Positions 19,626 through 28,963 of a stretch of DNA of 64,000 nt are shown here, in pieces. The stretch covers positions 832,001 to 896,000 of the forward strand of contig CAWFOU010000007.1 in the NCBI GenBank assembly GCA_963817525.1, in the 5' to 3' direction. A program made the position numbers and the translations under genes. Numbering within the stretch: the stretch's first letter is position 1; every line of letters starts with the position of its first letter. The DNA is from an uncultured archaeon. Lineage in GTDB: Archaea > Thermoproteota > Nitrososphaeria > Nitrososphaerales > Gagatemarchaeaceae. The notes below the pieces were generated by a model that searched no databases, was not told where the DNA came from, and saw nothing but the letters and a program-made list of their open reading frames with translations.

Positions 19626-20213
19626 TCACATCGACCCCTTCGACGAGGGAGGGCCCTTGATGTTGGCGCGCCGCGGGTCCGGCGCGGCCGCCTCCCTGAA
19701 GGCGAGCGCGAAGGCCTTGACCCCTGCCTCGAACTTGTGGTGGTCGTTGCTCCCTTCGAGGACCTTTACGTGGACAGTGGCCTCGAGAGCTTGCGCTAAG
19801 GAGCCGAAGAAGTGCTCAAGGTCCTCCTTCGGAGCATCCTCGAGCATCACCCTCTGCAGCTTCAGGTCCAGTACCGAGTACGGGCGCTTCACCAGGTCCA
19901 CCGCGGCCAGGGCGAGGGCGTCGTCCATTGGGACTATCGCGTCCCCGAACCTGCGTATCCCCACCCTGTCGCCGAGCGCCTTCGAAAGGGCCTTGCCGAG
20001 CGTGATCGCGACGTCCTCCACGATGTGGTGCTGGAGGTCTCCCGTCGCCTTCACCGTCAGGTCCAACAGGCCGTGCGTGGCCAGGGAGTGTAGCATGTGG
20101 TCGAGGAACGCGATCCCCGTCCTCGCCTCGACCTTCCCGGTCCCGTCGAGCCCGACGCGGACCGTGATGTCAGTCTCCTTCGTCTTCCTGGTGACCTCCG
20201 CTACTCTCTTCAT
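19626..20213 (-). CDS. hisB: Imidazoleglycerol-phosphate dehydratase
   Basis: RKTKETDI, FLDHML, HHIVED, NDHHKFE, PSSKG; ATG at 20213. Confidence 0.95.
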   Translation of the reverse strand: MKRVAEVTRKTKETDITVRVGLDGTGKVEARTGIAFLDHMLHSLATHGLLDLTVKATGDLQHHIVEDVAITLGKALSKALGDRVGIRRFGDAIVPMDDALALAAVDLVKRPYSVLDLKLQRVMLEDAPKEDLEHFFGSLAQALEATVHVKVLEGSNDHHKFEAGVKAFALAFREAAAPDPRRANIKGPPSSKGSM

Positions 20214-20215
20214 CG

Positions 20216-21340
20216 CTATCTGCCCCTCTCGCTTCCAGGCGGCAATAACCCTGACGGGATCTGGTTCACCGTCTCGACGACGAGGTCGGAGCCCTCCCTC
20301 TCGAAGAATGAGGCTTGGTCCCTCTGCACGGGTGACGTCTGGTAGACCCCCGCGAAAAGGAAGCCATCGAGCCCCCTCGCCCTGGCCTTTTGGACCATCA
20401 TCAGGTCCTCTGCCGAGTCCCCAACGTAGAGAAGCGTCTCCGAGGAGAGCCTCTCCTTGGCCCTGACGAGGGCCTCCGGGCTCGGCTTCCTGAGCTTGTC
20501 GTACTCCGTTCGCAGGTCCAGGTCGATGTCCGCGTCCCCGATGAAGACGGACGCCTCCTTGTCGAAGTAGCGCATGAGCCTCCCGAGGGAGTGAGCGGTC
20601 CCGACGAACGGCCTCCCGGTGATCATCGCGAGCCTCGGGCCGCCCAGCTTCTTCTGGAGAGTCTCGAGCGTCTTCCTGTCGACGAGAATCCTCTCCAGCT
20701 CGATGAGCCCCTTGGTCCGGGTGCTCGACTTGACGCCGTGGACCTTCTCGAAGAGCGACGCCCCGAAGTACAGCTCGTCGAACAAGGTCGTCATCCTCCC
20801 CTCCGGCGGCGTCCTGGGGTACTCCAGGAACTCCCGCGACCTGTCGAGCCTCCCCTTCATCGAGGGGAACTGCGACGTCAGGAAAGAGTCGACCGCCTCC
20901 TGACCCCTCTCCCTCAGGGCCGCCCCGAACCCGGCCGTGATCCTCGTCAGCGCCTCCACAGCCCCGGTGGCCTTGAGGCCGCTCCTGTCCTTCCGCTGCT
21001 CTAGGGCGACGACGGAGAAGAGCGAAAGAGCGTAGCTGGTGTCCCAGTCGCTGTTGAACCCGCCCGTCCTCCTGACCATGGAGATGAGCCTGGGGGCGAC
21101 CCTCGCAAGGCGCAGCCTCACCCCGGTCATCCCCTCGACCATCGTCTCTACGACCATCGTGATCGTCGCGTCGTAGGACTTGCGGGCGTCGATGAGCACC
21201 CCGTCGCAGTCGAAGGCCACCGCGTCCACATTGCCTAGAGCTTCCGTCGACGACCTGTTGACTGCGAGCCCTATCCTCCCGCCAGGGGGGGTTACGCGGA
21301 TGTAGCGCTCCTGGAGCGCTCCTCTGCTGCTCTGCCTCAT
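20216..21340 (-). CDS. HAD-superfamily hydrolase (candidate histidinol-phosphatase)
   Basis: FDCDGVLID, KPSP and YVGDSAED motifs; ATG at 21340 overlaps the hisD stop. Confidence 0.8.
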   Translation of the reverse strand: MRQSSRGALQERYIRVTPPGGRIGLAVNRSSTEALGNVDAVAFDCDGVLIDARKSYDATITMVVETMVEGMTGVRLRLARVAPRLISMVRRTGGFNSDWDTSYALSLFSVVALEQRKDRSGLKATGAVEALTRITAGFGAALRERGQEAVDSFLTSQFPSMKGRLDRSREFLEYPRTPPEGRMTTLFDELYFGASLFEKVHGVKSSTRTKGLIELERILVDRKTLETLQKKLGGPRLAMITGRPFVGTAHSLGRLMRYFDKEASVFIGDADIDLDLRTEYDKLRKPSPEALVRAKERLSSETLLYVGDSAEDLMMVQKARARGLDGFLFAGVYQTSPVQRDQASFFEREGSDLVVETVNQIPSGLLPPGSERGR

Positions 21341-22647
21341 CGCTCTCTGAACCTCGACTCGGCCGACAGGTAGTGGTTGGGGAGACCCTCCGCCGTCGCA
21401 AGCTCCTTGAGCGACGGGAGCAGCGCCTTCAGGCCCTGCTTGGTGCCCCCCACGACCCAGTTCACCTTCACAAAGTCCAGGGCGGAGAGCCCCGCGCGGA
21501 GGCTCGCCTCGCCCTCGGTCGGGAGCACGTGGTCGGTCCCGATGCAATAGTCGCTCGCCGCCCCGGGGGCGTAGACGCCCGTCAGTATGAGCCCGGCGTT
21601 GGAGACCGAGTCGGCCATCTCTTGGCCGTCCCCCACCATCAGCTCCAGGTGCTCGGGGGCGAGGGAGTTCACCAGCTCGATCGCGACCTCGCGGTCCTTG
21701 CAGACCGCCGCGAACCCGCGCCTCAGGCACCCCTGGACGTACTCCCTCCTCTCCAGGGTGGGTGAAATCTTCCCGACCTCCCTCCTGACGTCCCTCGCGA
21801 AGCGCTCATCCCACGTCACCAGGCCGCAGACGCTGTCCTGCCCGTGCTCGGCCTGCGCCATGAGGTCCCACGCGGCCAGGCGCGCGTCCGTCCTCCCGTC
21901 CCCGACCACTACCATCTCTGTGGGTCCCGCGAGGAAGTCGATGGGGACGTCGGCGGAGACGACCTTCTTCGCCGCGGAGACGTACAGGCCCCCCGGCCCG
22001 ACTATCTTCGAGACCCTTGGGATGCTCTCGGTCCCGTAGGCCAGGGCCGCTATCCCCTGGGCGCCCCCGACCCTGTATACCTCGTCCACGCCACAGAGCT
22101 TCGCCGCCGCCAGGATGGCGTCGCTGACAGCGCCGGTCCCCCGAGACGGGGGCGTGCAGACCACGACCCTCTTCACCCCTGCCAGCTTCGCGACCCCCGC
22201 GGTCATCAGCACGGTGCTCGCGTACGCAGCCCTCCCCCCGGGGATGTAGCACCCCACCGACTCGAGCGGGCGCGCGACGCAGCGGAGCGAGTACCCGTCG
22301 GCCACGTATGAGAACGAGAGCCTGGAGAGGAGCTGCCCCTGCGTCCTCTGGATCCTCTTCAGCGCGAAGCGCATCGCGTCAAGCAGCTTCGGGCTTATCC
22401 TCTCCGAGGCCGCCGCTATCTCCTTCTGCGTGACCTGGAGCCCGCTGGCGCGGATGGCGGCGCCCTCCAGCTCCTTGGAGTATCGGACCAGCGCCACGTC
22501 TCCCTGGGTCCTCACAGCGCCGACGATGTCCTCTGCGCCCTTGATAGCGGCTGAGAGTCCGTCCGATCTCGCCCTGATTCTTCCGGCGACCTTCTTTGCG
22601 TCCGATTTCTTTTCGACTCGAATCAGGGGGAGTAGCTCGCTACTCAT
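21337..22647 (-). CDS. hisD: Histidinol dehydrogenase
   Basis: GCYIPGG, KIVGPG, AGPTE, QAEH, APEHL, HVLPT. Confidence 0.95.
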   Translation of the reverse strand: MSSELLPLIRVEKKSDAKKVAGRIRARSDGLSAAIKGAEDIVGAVRTQGDVALVRYSKELEGAAIRASGLQVTQKEIAAASERISPKLLDAMRFALKRIQRTQGQLLSRLSFSYVADGYSLRCVARPLESVGCYIPGGRAAYASTVLMTAGVAKLAGVKRVVVCTPPSRGTGAVSDAILAAAKLCGVDEVYRVGGAQGIAALAYGTESIPRVSKIVGPGGLYVSAAKKVVSADVPIDFLAGPTEMVVVGDGRTDARLAAWDLMAQAEHGQDSVCGLVTWDERFARDVRREVGKISPTLERREYVQGCLRRGFAAVCKDREVAIELVNSLAPEHLELMVGDGQEMADSVSNAGLILTGVYAPGAASDYCIGTDHVLPTEGEASLRAGLSALDFVKVNWVVGGTKQGLKALLPSLKELATAEGLPNHYLSAESRFRER

Positions 22648-23623
22648 TCCCTTCCCCGAACTCCTCGAGGGAGAGGATGTTCTGCGGCTCGTGGATCACC
22701 AGGCCCTGGGCCAGCTTCTTCAGGGTCGGGAGCATCGCGTGCAGGTCCTTCTTGGTGATCACGGTGTTGACGTCGTACCACCCCTTCTCGGAGAGCGGGC
22801 TGACGGTGGGCCTCTTGAGGGCCGGCAGCTCCTTGAGGAGCTTGTCGAGGTTCTTCTCCTTGACGTTCACGAAGATGTGCAGCCGCTTCTGGCCCTCGAC
22901 CACGCCGCTAAGCATTATCTTGAGGTCCTTGATCTTCTCCCTCTTCCAGGGGTCCTTCATCGCGTCCCTGTTCGCGACGAGGCGCGCCGTCGACTTCATC
23001 AGCGTGCCTATCTGCTTGAGGTTGTTCTGCTCGAGCGTAGTCCCTGTCTCGGTGACGTCCACTATCATGTCGACTATCTCCGGGGGCTTGGCCTCCGTAG
23101 CGCCGAACGAGAGGTAGACCGCGGCCTTTTGGTTCTCCCCCTTGCGCCACCACGGGGTGATTATCATGGGCTCCTTCTTGCCGAAGCGCTTCTTGTACGC
23201 GGGCTGGGACTTTAGGTAGTCCGCTGTGATGTTGAGGTACTCAGCGGATATCCTGAACTCCTTCCCCTTACTCCAGAAGCTCTCCGCGAGGTCGTTGACC
23301 GTGTCGTACGGCTGTGACTTTGGGGTCGCCCCGACAAGCTTGACCCCGCCGAACTCCAGGTCCAGGATTTCCTCGACGTTCGCTCCCGTCTCCGTTATCC
23401 AGTCGATGCCCGTGATGCCCACGTCCTGGATGCCGTCGGCGATGTAGAGGGGTATCTCCTGGGGCCTGAGGACCCTGAGCTCGACGTCCGGGTCGCTGAA
23501 GCCGGGGCGGTAGCTCCTGTCCTGCCCGGAGATCTTGTAGTACGCCTTTTGGAATACGTCTATGCTCTTCTGGCCCAGGTGGCCGTTGGGTATCGTCAGC
23601 TTCAGCTTCTTGCTGCTAGGCAC
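22640..23623 (-). CDS. hisG: ATP phosphoribosyltransferase (long form)
   Basis: RPQEIP, DVGITG, GATE, DVTETGTTL and C-terminal regulatory domain. Confidence 0.95.
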   Translation of the reverse strand: MPSSKKLKLTIPNGHLGQKSIDVFQKAYYKISGQDRSYRPGFSDPDVELRVLRPQEIPLYIADGIQDVGITGIDWITETGANVEEILDLEFGGVKLVGATPKSQPYDTVNDLAESFWSKGKEFRISAEYLNITADYLKSQPAYKKRFGKKEPMIITPWWRKGENQKAAVYLSFGATEAKPPEIVDMIVDVTETGTTLEQNNLKQIGTLMKSTARLVANRDAMKDPWKREKIKDLKIMLSGVVEGQKRLHIFVNVKEKNLDKLLKELPALKRPTVSPLSEKGWYDVNTVITKKDLHAMLPTLKKLAQGLVIHEPQNILSLEEFGEGNE

Positions 23624-23695
23624 TGGGCGACCACCCTCTACCCACTACAGCGGTGGTAGAAATTCTTGAGCGTGCGGAGAATCTTTCTGGGAGCC

Positions 23696-23776
23696 TTACG
23701 CGTGGGCCGAGGAGGCTACTGATGAACAGAACCAGCTCCAACGACCGTGAACTCCAACGCCTTCCATTTGCTCCAC
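23696..23776 (-). promoter_or_regulatory. Candidate uORF/leader peptide upstream of hisG (26 aa)
   Basis: GTG start about 24 nt after a TTAAATA box; MEQMEGVGVHGRWSWFCSSVASSAHA*. Confidence 0.45.
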
Positions 23777-23849
23777 TAGATTTTTCGGGTCTGAGAATCG
23801 TATTTAAGGATTTGTAGGTCTGGATTCTGTAAAGCCTTTTGCACGATTC

Positions 23850-24149
23850 TCAGGGCAAGGTAGCTACGGAACTTGGGCAGCCAAACTGATATGAGACGTT
23901 GTGCTGGAATACCGTCCTCCCGTAATACAAGCCCTGACCGAACGCAGCACAACTTAGTGATTCCCAATTTGGATACGTTGGATAGCTAGATGAATGCAGG
24001 GCGCCATACTCAGTCGTAGGCGTATAGACCACTGGAGCGAAGACAAAAAAAACGAGAACGAGGCCGGCCACAGCGGCAAGAGCCACTCTCTTCCTCATTT
24101 CTGCCACCATTCCATGAACGCAGATTCCTTTTGTTCTTTTTGTTCCCAT
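23850..24149 (-). CDS. Small secreted or membrane-anchored hypothetical protein
   Basis: Basic residues followed by a hydrophobic N-terminal helix; AT-richer. Confidence 0.45.
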   Translation of the reverse strand: MGTKRTKGICVHGMVAEMRKRVALAAVAGLVLVFFVFAPVVYTPTTEYGALHSSSYPTYPNWESLSCAAFGQGLYYGRTVFQHNVSYQFGCPSSVATLP

Positions 24150-24177
24150 CCTCCCTTTGGTGATTGCGCCGGCGGCC

Positions 24178-24672
24178 TCAGGCGGGCTGCATCAGGGTCG
24201 AAAGCGGGACGGAGACGTCTCCCTCCACCTTGGAGATATGGACCAGGTTGCCGTCCTTCCCCTTCACCATGTGCCGGGTAGACTTTGGCGGGAGCTTCGG
24301 GCCTTTGGTCGCGGCCCTGATCACGGCATCCTTCGGGAACTGCGTCTTGCGGTCCTTGCCGAGGACCACCACCCCCTCGTCCGAGTAATCGACGAGCCAG
24401 GCCGGGACTCTGGCCGCCCCGAGCTTCTGCAGGGCGCTCAACCTGTGGACGCCGTCCAGGACCACCATCGACTTCTCGTCGACCACTATCGCCTTCCTCA
24501 CCACCCCCGTGGACTGCATCTGCCTCATGACCCTCCTCACCCTGTCATGCTCGGCCTTCTCGTGGGTCTTCAGGCCGCTTATCGGGAGCAGCGCGAAGCG
24601 GGCTGTGACCAAACGCGATCTCGTGGGCATGACGCCTTGGAGGCCGTAATAAGGCATCATCGACGCGACCAA
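24178..24672 (-). CDS. ParB/Sulfiredoxin-like N-terminal domain protein
   Basis: LKTHE, AIVVD and VLDGVHRL motifs. Confidence 0.75.
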   Translation of the reverse strand: MVASMMPYYGLQGVMPTRSRLVTARFALLPISGLKTHEKAEHDRVRRVMRQMQSTGVVRKAIVVDEKSMVVLDGVHRLSALQKLGAARVPAWLVDYSDEGVVVLGKDRKTQFPKDAVIRAATKGPKLPPKSTRHMVKGKDGNLVHISKVEGDVSVPLSTLMQPA

Positions 24673-24710
24673 TCCAAGATTTATTAGCGGCTCGGCCAGA
24701 CCGAAATTCT

Positions 24711-24818
24711 GGGCCGGTCGTCTAGCACGGTTAGGACGTCAGAGAAATCCGTCAAGCCCTTACACGGCGAAAGAGTTGGATTCCGCCACGGTCCCCAGTT
24801 CAAATCTGGGCCGGCCCA
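24711..24818 (+). tRNA. tRNA-Val(TAC) with two non-canonical introns (24741-24755 at 28/29; 24772-24789 at 44/45)
   Basis: Both introns form bulge-helix-bulge motifs (GACG/CGTC and GGCG/CGCC central helices); spliced arm TCGCC-CTTACAC-GGCGA; GGGCCGG/CCGGCCC acceptor. Confidence 0.92.
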
Positions 24819-24881
24819 CTCCTTTTCCCCAGACGACTTTCTGCGCTGAATCATTATTAGGGGCAGCACCTCGCAACAGCC

Positions 24882-27218
24882 GTGACCAACTTCCTCTTCG
24901 TCTCGATCGAGGCGCTCTCGACCGACCTAGCATGGCAGCTGACCAAGGCGGGCCACTCTGTAAAATTCTTCACGAAGAGCCAGGGCGAAAAGGACGTCGG
25001 AGACGGCTTCGTCGAGAAGGCAGACGCCTGGGAGCCTCTCAAGGACTGGGCCGAGGTCATTGTCTTTGACGACATCGGGTTCGGCGAACTGGCGCAGAGG
25101 CTAAGGGCCGAGGGAAAGGCGGTGGTCGGAGGCTCGGTCTACACGGACCGGTTGGAGAACGATAGGGAGTTCGGTCAAACAGAGCTGAGCGGCGCTGGGG
25201 TCAATACGCTGTCCAGCTGGAACTTCACGTCTTTTGACGAGGCGGTCGAGTTCGTGGAGAAGAACCCTGACAGGTATGTGATCAAGCCCAGCGGGAACGC
25301 GCAAAACGAGAAGGAGCTCCTCTACGTCGGGCAGGAGGAGGACGGCAAAGACGTGGAGCAGGTCCTGGTCCACTACAAGATGAAGTGGTCAAACAAGATC
25401 AAGGTCTTTCAGATCCAAAGATACGAGACCGGGGTAGAGGTGGGAATCGGGGCGTTCTTCAACGGCTATGACTTCGTCTACCCGATCAACATCAACTTCG
25501 AGCACAAGCGGCTCTTCCCAAAGAACATCGGGCCTTCCACTGGCGAGATGGGGTCGAGCATGTACTGGACGAAGAGCAGCCCGCTCTTCGAGAGTACCCT
25601 CCTGAAGGCGAAGGAGAGGCTCGCGGAATCGAGATACGTGGGGTACATCGACCTTAACTGCATCGCGAACGCTAGAGGCATTTTCCCGCTCGAATGGACC
25701 TGCTTCGATCTCGAGACTGAGATTCTGACTGGTGAAGGATGGAAGGGTTACGCAGACGTGAGCGTCGGTGATGAGGCTCTATCGATTAACCCTGAGACCA
25801 AGGAGCTGGCTTGGAAAACCGTGACTGGAAAGATTGTAAAGAATCACAAGGGTCGTATGATTCGAATCGGAGCGAAATCAAAATCGCACACTGCTCTCGA
25901 CGCTCTCGTGACGCCCGACCACAACCTTCTGATCGAGTATTCAGGGCGAATCAAATTCGCGAGGGCCGATGCTATCCCAATCCACGAAACCAAGGTCGTC
26001 CGAACAGGCTTATTCAAGGGAAAGACGATCGAGTCAATCGAAGTACCGGAATATGTGGAAACGCACTATCTAGGTAGGCACAAGACTGCCATGCAGATAC
26101 TTCACCCAGCAATAAAGGTAGAAGCGCACCATTTCATGTCATTCTTGGGCCTGTACCTCGCCGAAGGCTCAATGGGCGACCACATCCTATCCATATCCCA
26201 GAGTCCGGCAAATGCCAAGAGGGCGCAGATTCAGAAGGTCCTTGATTCCACCGGACTCAAGTATACCGTACAGAAGAACGGAGCGTATCAGTTTAGCTCC
26301 AAGCAATTGTGCAAGTTCTTCGAGAAGCTAGGCCTATCGCACGTCCTTGCGGGTCGAAAGTTCCTGCCAAAAGAATTCAAAGAACTTTCGCCCGACCTGC
26401 TCGAATCATTCCTCCACGGTTACGCACTGGGCGACGGGAACAGGCACACGACCAGGGGGAACCAGCTCACGTTCGGGACCAGTTCGAAGAGGCTCGCAGA
26501 TGACGTCCAGGAGTTGCTTATCAAATGCGGGAAGGTCGCCAACATCCGAGTCCAAAAGCTGAAGGGCACGACTTCGATTGGCGGATACACGAGGAACGAG
26601 GACATGTACGTCGTTTCTGTTCGGGAAAAGAAGATGGACTACTCTCTTGACAAGAGGGCGATATCGGAGGAGAGCTACGAAGGACTCGTATGGGATGTGG
26701 AAGTAGACGGATGGCATACGATGCTCGTAAGGAGAAGGGGCAAGCCTTTCTTTTCCGGAAACTGTCGCTTTGGCTACCCCACAATCAGCATCCAGATGGA
26801 GGGCGTGACGAGCGAGTGGGGCGCCTTCTTAGGCGACATCGCCCAGGGGAAGGACGCCCAGCTCAAGACGAAGAAGGGCTACCAGGTCGGAGTGGTGGTG
26901 GCCATCCCTCCGTTCCCCTTCGAGGACGACAAGGCGTTCAGGAAGTACTCGGAGGACGCCACGATTCTCTTCAGGAAGCCCAACCTTAACGGTGTCCACA
27001 TAGGCGAAGTCAAGCTCGTCGAGGGCGACTGGCACGTGGCCGGCAGGTCAGGGTATGCGCTCGTCATCACGGGCTCAGGGCCCTCCATGCTGGACGCCAT
27101 CAACTCCGCGTACCAAGCCGTGAAGAACGTCATGATCCCGAACATGTTCTACCGCGACGACATCGGGCAGCGCTGGTTCAGGGACGTGGACCTGCTGCTG
27201 AGTTGGGGCTACCTCTAA
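24882..27218 (+). CDS. purD: PurD-like phosphoribosylamine-glycine ligase (ATP-grasp) precursor containing an intein
   Basis: YVIKPSG, EHKRLF, GPSTGEMG, and PLEWT|CRFGYP split by the intein. Confidence 0.8.
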   Translation: MTNFLFVSIEALSTDLAWQLTKAGHSVKFFTKSQGEKDVGDGFVEKADAWEPLKDWAEVIVFDDIGFGELAQRLRAEGKAVVGGSVYTDRLENDREFGQTELSGAGVNTLSSWNFTSFDEAVEFVEKNPDRYVIKPSGNAQNEKELLYVGQEEDGKDVEQVLVHYKMKWSNKIKVFQIQRYETGVEVGIGAFFNGYDFVYPININFEHKRLFPKNIGPSTGEMGSSMYWTKSSPLFESTLLKAKERLAESRYVGYIDLNCIANARGIFPLEWTCFDLETEILTGEGWKGYADVSVGDEALSINPETKELAWKTVTGKIVKNHKGRMIRIGAKSKSHTALDALVTPDHNLLIEYSGRIKFARADAIPIHETKVVRTGLFKGKTIESIEVPEYVETHYLGRHKTAMQILHPAIKVEAHHFMSFLGLYLAEGSMGDHILSISQSPANAKRAQIQKVLDSTGLKYTVQKNGAYQFSSKQLCKFFEKLGLSHVLAGRKFLPKEFKELSPDLLESFLHGYALGDGNRHTTRGNQLTFGTSSKRLADDVQELLIKCGKVANIRVQKLKGTTSIGGYTRNEDMYVVSVREKKMDYSLDKRAISEESYEGLVWDVEVDGWHTMLVRRRGKPFFSGNCRFGYPTISIQMEGVTSEWGAFLGDIAQGKDAQLKTKKGYQVGVVVAIPPFPFEDDKAFRKYSEDATILFRKPNLNGVHIGEVKLVEGDWHVAGRSGYALVITGSGPSMLDAINSAYQAVKNVMIPNMFYRDDIGQRWFRDVDLLLSWGYL
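25701..26762 (+). mobile_element. Intein (354 aa) with LAGLIDADG homing endonuclease
   Basis: Starts CFDLETEILT, block B LVTPDH, LAGLIDADG motifs FLGLYLAEGS and FLHGYALGDGN, ends VWDVEV..FFSGN followed by +1 Cys; AT-richer than the exteins. Confidence 0.93.
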
Positions 27219-27297
27219 CCCCAGATTGGACGTCTGGACCTACCATACCGAGGGTTAATACGGGACTGGGGCCTCCCTAACCCAAGAGTAGATTCCA

Positions 27298-27507
27298 GTG
27301 GGAAGCGACTACCTGTGGAAGTCCGACGGCCAGCTAAACCGGGTCGCACAGGTCCGCTACGCGCGCGGCGGCGAGCTGGAGGGGATACCGGGGGTCACGG
27401 GGGTCGGAATAGGCAAGGACCACATCATAGTATACGTGTCCAGCGAGTCCGTCGTGGTGCCTGCCCAAATCGACGAAGTGCCGATAATTAAGATTCGTAG
27501 GTCATAG
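27298..27507 (+). CDS. Small hypothetical protein
   Basis: 69-aa ORF (IPGVTGVGIG..IIVYV) with upstream TTAATA box. Confidence 0.5.
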   Translation: MGSDYLWKSDGQLNRVAQVRYARGGELEGIPGVTGVGIGKDHIIVYVSSESVVVPAQIDEVPIIKIRRS

Positions 27508-27584
27508 AAGGCACAGCTACGTTTAATTAGGAATGGCGAGCCCCGAGGCTCCACTGAGGAACTTGCAGTAGTGGGTGAATATGG

Positions 27585-27953
27585 ATGAGTTATGGAAATC
27601 GAAGTGGAGGAAGGGGCGGATACGGCAGTAGCAGAGGCGGAGGCTACGGCGGATCCGGCGGAAGAAGCAGCAGCAGCAGCGGCGGCTTCGGCAGTTCCTT
27701 CAGACCAAAGCCGGTTGAGGTCGGTAAGGAGTACGACGTTACTATCTCCGACACCAGCAGGCGAGGTGAAGGCATTGCGAAGATCGACGGCTTCGTCATC
27801 TTTGTCGCAGGCGCGAAGCAGGGCCAGAGCGCAAAGATCAAGATCACCCGAGTCACTGACCGCTTCGCGACCGGTGAGGTCGTGACAGGGTCGGCCGCGG
27901 GTGGGACAGAAGCAGCTTCCGAGACAGCAGGCGAAGAGCAGCCCGAAGCGTAA
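27585..27953 (+). CDS. Single-TRAM-domain RNA-binding protein with Gly/Ser/Arg-rich N-terminus
   Basis: KPVEVGKEYDVTI..GEGIAKIDGFVIFV; GGTGA SD 6 nt before the ATG. Confidence 0.92.
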   Translation: MSYGNRSGGRGGYGSSRGGGYGGSGGRSSSSSGGFGSSFRPKPVEVGKEYDVTISDTSRRGEGIAKIDGFVIFVAGAKQGQSAKIKITRVTDRFATGEVVTGSAAGGTEAASETAGEEQPEA

Positions 27954-28234
27954 GAGCTAGGCTCTCCAAACCCATCCTGGTTGCCCATCCGGGCGCCAGG
28001 TGCCACTTTTTGTTATCCGATTTGCAGAAGTTCCACTCGCGTTTCCGTACTGAGCATCCCCTCTCCGCGACGGCACTGGAAGGCCTTAAGTGCGACATTC
28101 GAAGGGCGGGATTCATCTCCACGAAGTGATTCCCCTGTGCTGCACTCCTCCGTAGACCCTCAAGATTTTGGCCTCCCCGGGCCCCGTAGCAGCCCTGCCC
28201 GCCTCACGCTCCTCCCCGAGTCGGCGGTGGCTCG

Positions 28235-28963
28235 ATGCTGGTGACGACCGAGGCTGAGCAGACGGCGATTATCTTCGACTCTGTGACCAAGGCCTACACG
28301 ACAAAGGCCGAGTCCGTGAAGGCCCTCGACGCCATCTCCTTCCAGGTGGAGAAGGGCGGGATCGTCGCCGTGGTGGGCCCTTCGGGGAGCGGCAAGACGA
28401 CCCTCCTCAACATGGCCTCCGCGCTGGACTTTCCCACCCAGGGGACTGTGAAGGTTGCGGGCCAGGTGACGTCGGCCCTGGGGAAGGACGACCTGCAGAA
28501 GTTCAGGAACGAGACGGTCGGCGTCGTCTTCCAGCAGTTCTTCCTGATCGGCCACATGACGGTGTTCCAGAACGTGATGATCCCGCTCATCCCGAGGCAC
28601 ATCTCGTCAGCCGACAAGACGAAGATGATCCTCGACTCGATCGCCGACGTAGGCCTCGCCGACAAGGCGGGTCGGCTCCCCTCAGAGCTATCGGGGGGAG
28701 AGCTCCAGCGCGCCGCAATAGCGCGAGGGATGGTCGGCGGGGCCCCCGTGATCCTCGCCGACGAGCCCACTGGGAACCTCGACCACAAGAAGGGCACCGA
28801 GGTGATGGACATCCTTGTGGAGGAGAGCCGCGAGAGGGGCAAGACCGTGCTCATCGCGACTCACGACCTCCGGCTTCTGGACCGGGTGGACGGGATCGTA
28901 TATCTGGAGGACGGGGAGATAACCAAGGTCGAGGGGAGGCGAGTCCAAAAGAATGGCCCGTAG
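28235..28963 (+). CDS. ABC ATPase (LolD/MacB/FtsE-like)
   Basis: GPSGSGKT, LSGGELQR, LADEPTGNLD, ATHD. Confidence 0.92.
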   Translation: MLVTTEAEQTAIIFDSVTKAYTTKAESVKALDAISFQVEKGGIVAVVGPSGSGKTTLLNMASALDFPTQGTVKVAGQVTSALGKDDLQKFRNETVGVVFQQFFLIGHMTVFQNVMIPLIPRHISSADKTKMILDSIADVGLADKAGRLPSELSGGELQRAAIARGMVGGAPVILADEPTGNLDHKKGTEVMDILVEESRERGKTVLIATHDLRLLDRVDGIVYLEDGEITKVEGRRVQKNGP

